NCBI GenBank assembly: GCA_051874735.1
Contig: JBJEGD010000022.1
Coordinates: forward strand, 52,216 to 116,215
Length of the DNA: 64,000 nt
Direction of reading: 5' to 3'
Origin: Candidatus Bruticola sp.
GTDB lineage: Bacteria; Vulcanimicrobiota; Xenobia; Xenobiales; Xenobiaceae
The notes under the pieces were generated by a model. That model was given only the letters and a program-made list of their open reading frames with translations. It was not told where the DNA came from and made no database searches. Positions 59,798 through 64,000 of the stretch are shown piece after piece. The position numbers were made by a program, and so were the translations under genes. Numbering within the stretch: the stretch's first letter is position 1; each line of letters begins with the position of its first letter.

Positions 59798-61035
59798 GAT
59801 GGAGAAATAGAACCATCAGCTGAAGGCCTAGCCAACCACTGGCCTCCATACAAAGTGTTAATATAAATAATGCTGCTACCTGGATCTACCCACAAAGCTC
59901 TGGGACCAGATCGGCACAATTCTTCAGGCATCGCCGCTTTTATCCATTGGCCCGCACCACTACATTCTTGAAAGATCAATCCATACATAAACTTGTTGTC
60001 AATAGTATATACGGCCGATCCCCAACTATTCACAGCCACACTGTGAAGTCGTCCTGCGCCAGAAAATGGCACTTTAAAACAGCTGCCCCAGGCCGCATAA
60101 TTGTTAATTTTTTCCTCAATTTTTTGCGGCAGACTGCCCCAATAAAATTGACGAAGACGTCGAAGACTGCCCTCGCAAATCCACACAGAAGTGCCATATT
60201 GATCACAAGTGATAGAACGTAAATCCTGAATAGGATTTGATCGGCTAGTTAAGCACATACCATTGTTCCATGAAGACTGAGCTTGATTCTGAGAATCATC
60301 TAAAACCCAAATAGATTGATTAGCTCTATCGGCACAAAATACAAAACACCCCATTTGGTCAGAAGCTATATCTACAATATTAGCTTCATACTCGTAAGTA
60401 AGTTTAGGTATAGCGATATTTTTAGTGCCGATATGCTTGCCCTCGCTATCAAATATCAGCCGGCATAACTTAGGAAGGCGCAGATAAGCTAACCAAACGA
60501 TACCTTGGGCAGGATAACCACACACAGCCCCTATATCGTCCTTGGGAAGGTTACCGAAAAGTTCCTGTTCACACGATGAAGGCAGCCACAAATTATACTT
60601 GCCAAAAGGAGTGCTAAAATTTCGATCTGTAAAGGCTACTTCACTAGCGTAAGTGTGAGCAGAAATTGAAGCCAAACGGTCCTTGCCCAACAGGCGGCGC
60701 AAAGTACACAAGGGAGCACCTTTGTGACCAGTATAAAGAGTTAACAAAGCAAAATCTTGGCTAAACTCAGAAACCTCGACGCTCCAGCTGTAATCTTGAT
60801 AAGGTGCGGAAAATTTGCCTTGCATTCTGGCAGACAGAGAGGCCCAAGGACGATTTTGCAGTTCTTCCATTTTCGCTTGGCCCAAATTTATAGCTGTAGT
60901 AAAACGATCAGTACCTAAATTAGCTCTACTGCCGAATGCATAAGTGCTGAATAGACAACTTGCAGCGGCAAAAATTAAAAATAATCCCATCAGCAGCTCT
61001 ATAAGCGTATAAGCGAACTGACGTTGTCTTTTCAT
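59770..61035 (-). CDS. Oversized prepilin-type N-terminal cleavage/methylation domain protein (pseudopilin-like, 421 aa)
   Basis: N-terminus FAYTLIELLMGLFLIF is a class III signal / N-methylation motif. Large W/G/Y-rich C-terminal beta-rich domain. Confidence 0.6.
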   Translation of the reverse strand: MKRQRQFAYTLIELLMGLFLIFAAASCLFSTYAFGSRANLGTDRFTTAINLGQAKMEELQNRPWASLSARMQGKFSAPYQDYSWSVEVSEFSQDFALLTLYTGHKGAPLCTLRRLLGKDRLASISAHTYASEVAFTDRNFSTPFGKYNLWLPSSCEQELFGNLPKDDIGAVCGYPAQGIVWLAYLRLPKLCRLIFDSEGKHIGTKNIAIPKLTYEYEANIVDIASDQMGCFVFCADRANQSIWVLDDSQNQAQSSWNNGMCLTSRSNPIQDLRSITCDQYGTSVWICEGSLRRLRQFYWGSLPQKIEEKINNYAAWGSCFKVPFSGAGRLHSVAVNSWGSAVYTIDNKFMYGLIFQECSGAGQWIKAAMPEELCRSGPRALWVDPGSSIIYINTLYGGQWLARPSADGSISPSCFSKISWR

Positions 61036-61709
61036 AGAAATGTGTCCCCCCTTATTTCTAACTGTGTGTAAATACTTTTATCAAGTTTAGGCCGCTTAAT
61101 TGAAAACTTTCCCCCCTGGCGCAGCCCTCGCTCAAGTTCGTTAAAAGAAACGGTTAAACTTAATTCCAAAAATTGTGCTCCGCCGCGCATGCGACAATTT
61201 ACTGAATTAATGGAAATGGCAGACAAATCGCGGGCTAAAATTCTTTGAGATAGCATCTGATCGGCATCATCTAAATTGTTAGCCTGAGGAATAAAATTGG
61301 AGCGGTAAACACATTTAGTAAGTTCCCGACTAACGGAGTCCCAATGATAGCCGATTATTGATGAGGTTCCTCCTGCTGGAGGAGATTGACGAAAGATAAA
61401 CTTGAAAACGGTCTGTTCATCACCTTTGACCGAGTAGCCGTCACGCCACTTTTCCGCACTAACTTTAGGCCAAAGAATACTTTGACATGATCGCAAATCA
61501 CGACTAATATTGTCGATACTTAAAGCGGCGGATCGCATAGCCCTCATGCCTTTTTCACTGTGCTTGCAGCTATTAGCTGCTGCAGAAGCTAACCGCCCTA
61601 CTAAACTTAAAAAAGTAACAATCAAAGCGCAGCAAATCAGCAATTCAATAATAGTGACTCCGCGTTGATTATTTTTAGTTTTCTTCCACGCATTTATCGT
61701 AAAAAGCAT
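61032..61709 (-). CDS. Pseudopilin (GspH/I/J-like) with prepilin-type N-terminus
   Basis: QRGVTIIELLICCALIVTFLSL. 4-nt overlap with the downstream gene. Confidence 0.6.
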   Translation of the reverse strand: MLFTINAWKKTKNNQRGVTIIELLICCALIVTFLSLVGRLASAAANSCKHSEKGMRAMRSAALSIDNISRDLRSCQSILWPKVSAEKWRDGYSVKGDEQTVFKFIFRQSPPAGGTSSIIGYHWDSVSRELTKCVYRSNFIPQANNLDDADQMLSQRILARDLSAISINSVNCRMRGGAQFLELSLTVSFNELERGLRQGGKFSIKRPKLDKSIYTQLEIRGDTFL

Positions 61710-62175
61710 TTCCCCACCCCTTTGAGAAACTACCAGTCAGATAGATCTTTTTATCTAAGCAGGAAGGCAGACCGCTGCTACTCAGCGTATCGTAAGCGAC
61801 TCCCCGCACACAAATTAAAGTTGGCTTAAGTAAGGATATTTCAAAATAATAATTATTAGAATAATCTGGTACGTTGACCCTGGCTAAAAGCAACTGGCCA
61901 TTTTCTCCAGATTGAACTGCTTTCAGAGTATTGCCTGGCGCCTTTATTAAGGTATTCTCAGAACCGGTGCTGCAATAATTCAGAAAATAGTCGCGTCCCG
62001 ATTCAGCTAAATACCAGGCTTGCAAACTGCGCTCCTGAACCGCCGAGAAATGACGTTCTGTTTGCAAAGAAAGCAAATAGGCGGCCGCCAAAATCATAAT
62101 AATGACCATAACAAACATCGACATAATAATGGCACTGCCGCGACACTTTTTGGGAGTGAAAGTAAGACCTTTCAT
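61675..62175 (-). CDS. Possible minor pseudopilin (GspK-like N-terminus)
   Basis: Internal start MKGLTF...RGSAIIMSMFVMVIIMILAAAY resembles the GspK-type hydrophobic N-terminus. The first 37 codons of the track ORF are probably not translated. Start coordinate approximate. Confidence 0.35.
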   Translation of the reverse strand: MKGLTFTPKKCRGSAIIMSMFVMVIIMILAAAYLLSLQTERHFSAVQERSLQAWYLAESGRDYFLNYCSTGSENTLIKAPGNTLKAVQSGENGQLLLARVNVPDYSNNYYFEISLLKPTLICVRGVAYDTLSSSGLPSCLDKKIYLTGSFSKGWGNAFYDKCVEEN

Positions 62176-62313
62176 TTCAGGTTCTGTTAATTTACAGCTG
62201 ATTATCTGGCAGAATAAGAGTGATGAAAAATTCTTCCAACACGCTTCTAAATGATTGTTCAATTCTTGGCCCCCCAATAATCGCATTTGCGTATACTAAC
62301 CAACAGTTAACTT

Positions 62314-62694
62314 TTAATGAATAAACTCGCCTTCCCAAACGGCTTTTAACGCTTTCACTCGTTTGGTACAAAGCTTTTCAACTACAGCAAAAGACTCTTG
62401 GGCCTGCAGTAAATAGGCTGTGCCTCCACTGCGTTCTAACCAATTCTCTATACAAAAGACAACTAATTGCCAATATTCTATTTCTTTTTCACTCACTTTC
62501 CGCAAAATGCGATCTACCCGCCCTTTAGATACACGACCGGAAGCACGCTGCCTCATTTCTTCGAATTCACGTTTAACACAAGCACATCGTTCATCTATAC
62601 CCCTGCGTATAGAGTGCCAGCTCTTAGAGAATTCATGCGGCGACATTGTACGAGTTCGAGCCTTTTCCAAAAAAATAGGCAAAAAATTCAGCAT
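62314..62694 (-). CDS. Hypothetical basic protein, first gene of pilus/T2SS-like operon
   Basis: ORF only. No motif recognised. Position suggests co-transcription with the pseudopilin genes. Confidence 0.3.
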   Translation of the reverse strand: MLNFLPIFLEKARTRTMSPHEFSKSWHSIRRGIDERCACVKREFEEMRQRASGRVSKGRVDRILRKVSEKEIEYWQLVVFCIENWLERSGGTAYLLQAQESFAVVEKLCTKRVKALKAVWEGEFIH

Positions 62695-62821
62695 AATTTT
62701 CCCCCCTAAAAAACAATTTGCTGTACAAATTGTTTATACAGCATGATGCTGAAATAAATTGGAAATTAAATTGATAACTGTTAGCAGGAAAAAATTACAG
62801 CCCCCATCTAATTATTAAACT

Positions 62822-64000
62822 GTGATCAAGACAGCACGAATCCTGGTGCTTGAAGATGACGCCTCCCTGAGAGGTATTCTCAGCCGCGCTCTTCAAGACG
62901 AGGGGTTTGAAGTGACGGCTGCGTCAAGGGGGGAATACGCTGTCGTGATCTCCTCGCGCAAATTATTCGATCTAATAGTGTTAGATACTTGTACTGTAAG
63001 TTTTGAAGCTTTGCTGCCAATCTTGACAGTACATAGTCATCTCCGAGAGGCGGCTGTTCTGGCCTTAACCAGATGCGCCAGTGAGGAAGATTCGATCAGA
63101 TCCCTCCGTTCAGGCACGACAGATTGCTTGCGTCAACCCTTCGAATTAGAAACTTTTTTAAATGTAGCTTTATGCCTAATTAGGCAAAATATTCGCTACC
63201 GACAGAATTGCGAATATAACCTGCGCTTGCAGGCTTTGCACTCGTGGTCTATACATACTCTGCTTAGCAGCTTTTCCAAGGGCAAATTCTCGAGCCAAGT
63301 TATAAAGACGGCTCAGCATATTAGTTCTGTGGCTAAAAACTTAGCTCTGCAGGCCGGGCTTGAGGCCCCCACAGTCCAAGAAATTGAGATTCACGCCGTT
63401 TTGCACCTTCTTAAGCAAGGACTTAAGCCTGATTACGCGCCATCGAATACGGAGCTTTGGGAAGATAGCTTTACACAAAATTACTCTCATCCCAAATTTG
63501 CCTTAGCTCGCCAGATCATAAGCTCATCTATTTCAGCTGCAGAAGCAGCACCTAACTCTCAGGAGCAGGAAATTCCTAAACTTGAGTTATTTTTACTGGG
63601 TCAATGCAGCATCTGCTTAAATGGCCAGTTAATAGATGATAGAGTTTGGGTAACCCAAAAAATTAAGTATCTCTTTCTGCGCCTAATAAGTAGCAACACA
63701 GATTTAACCTCTGATCAGCTTATCGAAGAATTTTGGCCAGATAGCAGCGGTCAAACTAACTTATGGAAAGCGCTCTCTGTCATAAAAAAAATTTTTCGCC
63801 AAATTTGTCCTAATTTTATACCAATAATGCGCAACTCAGCCTCTATAACATTTAACTCTAAACTTCATATAGAAGCAGACTGGCGCTTATTAGAATATCA
63901 TTGGTCAGAATACCGATCACAAAAGCTACTTCAGCATCTTATTTCTATTAAGAAACTAAGCCGTGGCCACTTTTTGCCTCAATGTTCTATGGAATGGGCG
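62822..64000 (+). CDS. Response regulator (REC + linker + OmpR/SARP-type winged-helix trans_reg_C), 3' end beyond window
   Basis: Not in the ORF track, which lists closed ORFs only. Reading frame open from GTG 62822 to the window end. ILVLEDDASLRGILSRAL...FDLIVLDTC is a receiver with DD pair and phospho-Asp. KIKYLFLRLISSNTDLTSDQLIEEFWPD...KALSVIKKIF is a trans_reg_C-like domain. Confidence 0.65.
   Translation, partial: MIKTARILVLEDDASLRGILSRALQDEGFEVTAASRGEYAVVISSRKLFDLIVLDTCTVSFEALLPILTVHSHLREAAVLALTRCASEEDSIRSLRSGTTDCLRQPFELETFLNVALCLIRQNIRYRQNCEYNLRLQALHSWSIHTLLSSFSKGKFSSQVIKTAQHISSVAKNLALQAGLEAPTVQEIEIHAVLHLLKQGLKPDYAPSNTELWEDSFTQNYSHPKFALARQIISSSISAAEAAPNSQEQEIPKLELFLLGQCSICLNGQLIDDRVWVTQKIKYLFLRLISSNTDLTSDQLIEEFWPDSSGQTNLWKALSVIKKIFRQICPNFIPIMRNSASITFNSKLHIEADWRLLEYHWSEYRSQKLLQHLISIKKLSRGHFLPQCSMEWA

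Noticed and set aside
1-64000. CRISPR arrays, IS elements/transposases, integrases, rRNA genes
   Set aside because: No direct-repeat/spacer periodicity, no terminal inverted repeats flanking transposase-like ORFs, no DDE or tyrosine-recombinase motifs, and no rRNA-like GC-rich structured stretches seen.

Overview
Bacterial chromosomal window, moderately AT-rich, with long AT-rich intergenic promoter regions. Coordinates follow the six-frame ORF track and include the stop codon.

Main blocks:
(1) 284-17004, minus strand: a near-complete division/cell-wall (dcw) cluster in the order mraZ-like remnant, rsmH, ftsL, ftsI, murE, murF, mraY, murD, ftsW, murG, murC, ftsQ, then an MBL-fold hydrolase. 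It has no ftsA, ftsZ, ddl or murB after ftsQ. It also has unusual extensions: an acidic FtsQ tail, a 140-aa N-terminal extension on MurG and an FtsW C-terminal tail.
(2) 17632-26882, plus strand: an FAD-dependent oxidoreductase, a DegT-type sugar aminotransferase fused to a C-terminal Pro-rich tandem repeat, and four consecutive radical SAM enzymes (alternating SPASM-type and B12-binding). No obvious precursor peptide is visible. This is a candidate novel biosynthetic system.
(3) 27704-35340: a standalone duplicated zinc-ribbon protein, Sua5/TsaC, a small DUF2760-like protein paired with a non-canonical Hsp70, and a second DegT aminotransferase with a heparinase II/III-like protein.
(4) 35472-40234, minus strand: an uncharacterised four-gene operon with a coiled-coil protein, two tandem paralogues carrying an internal zinc-ribbon, and a CHAP-domain amidase with no signal peptide. 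Upstream of it lies a TGS-uridine-kinase fusion.
(5) Housekeeping genes: DEAD-box helicase, dnaG-rpoD operon, pseudouridine synthase, YjbQ, MutL, polysaccharide deacetylase, plus a Fic-domain protein with a variant motif and a spermidine-synthase-like protein.
(6) 57654-62694, minus strand: a type II secretion/type IV pilus-like operon ending in a pseudo-receiver protein and a GspF platform protein, preceded in transcription order by a short pseudopilin and a 421-aa oversized pseudopilin, and opposed by a divergent response regulator that runs off the window end.

Several rho-independent terminator hairpins are visible. No rRNA, tRNA, CRISPR array or transposase is visible.
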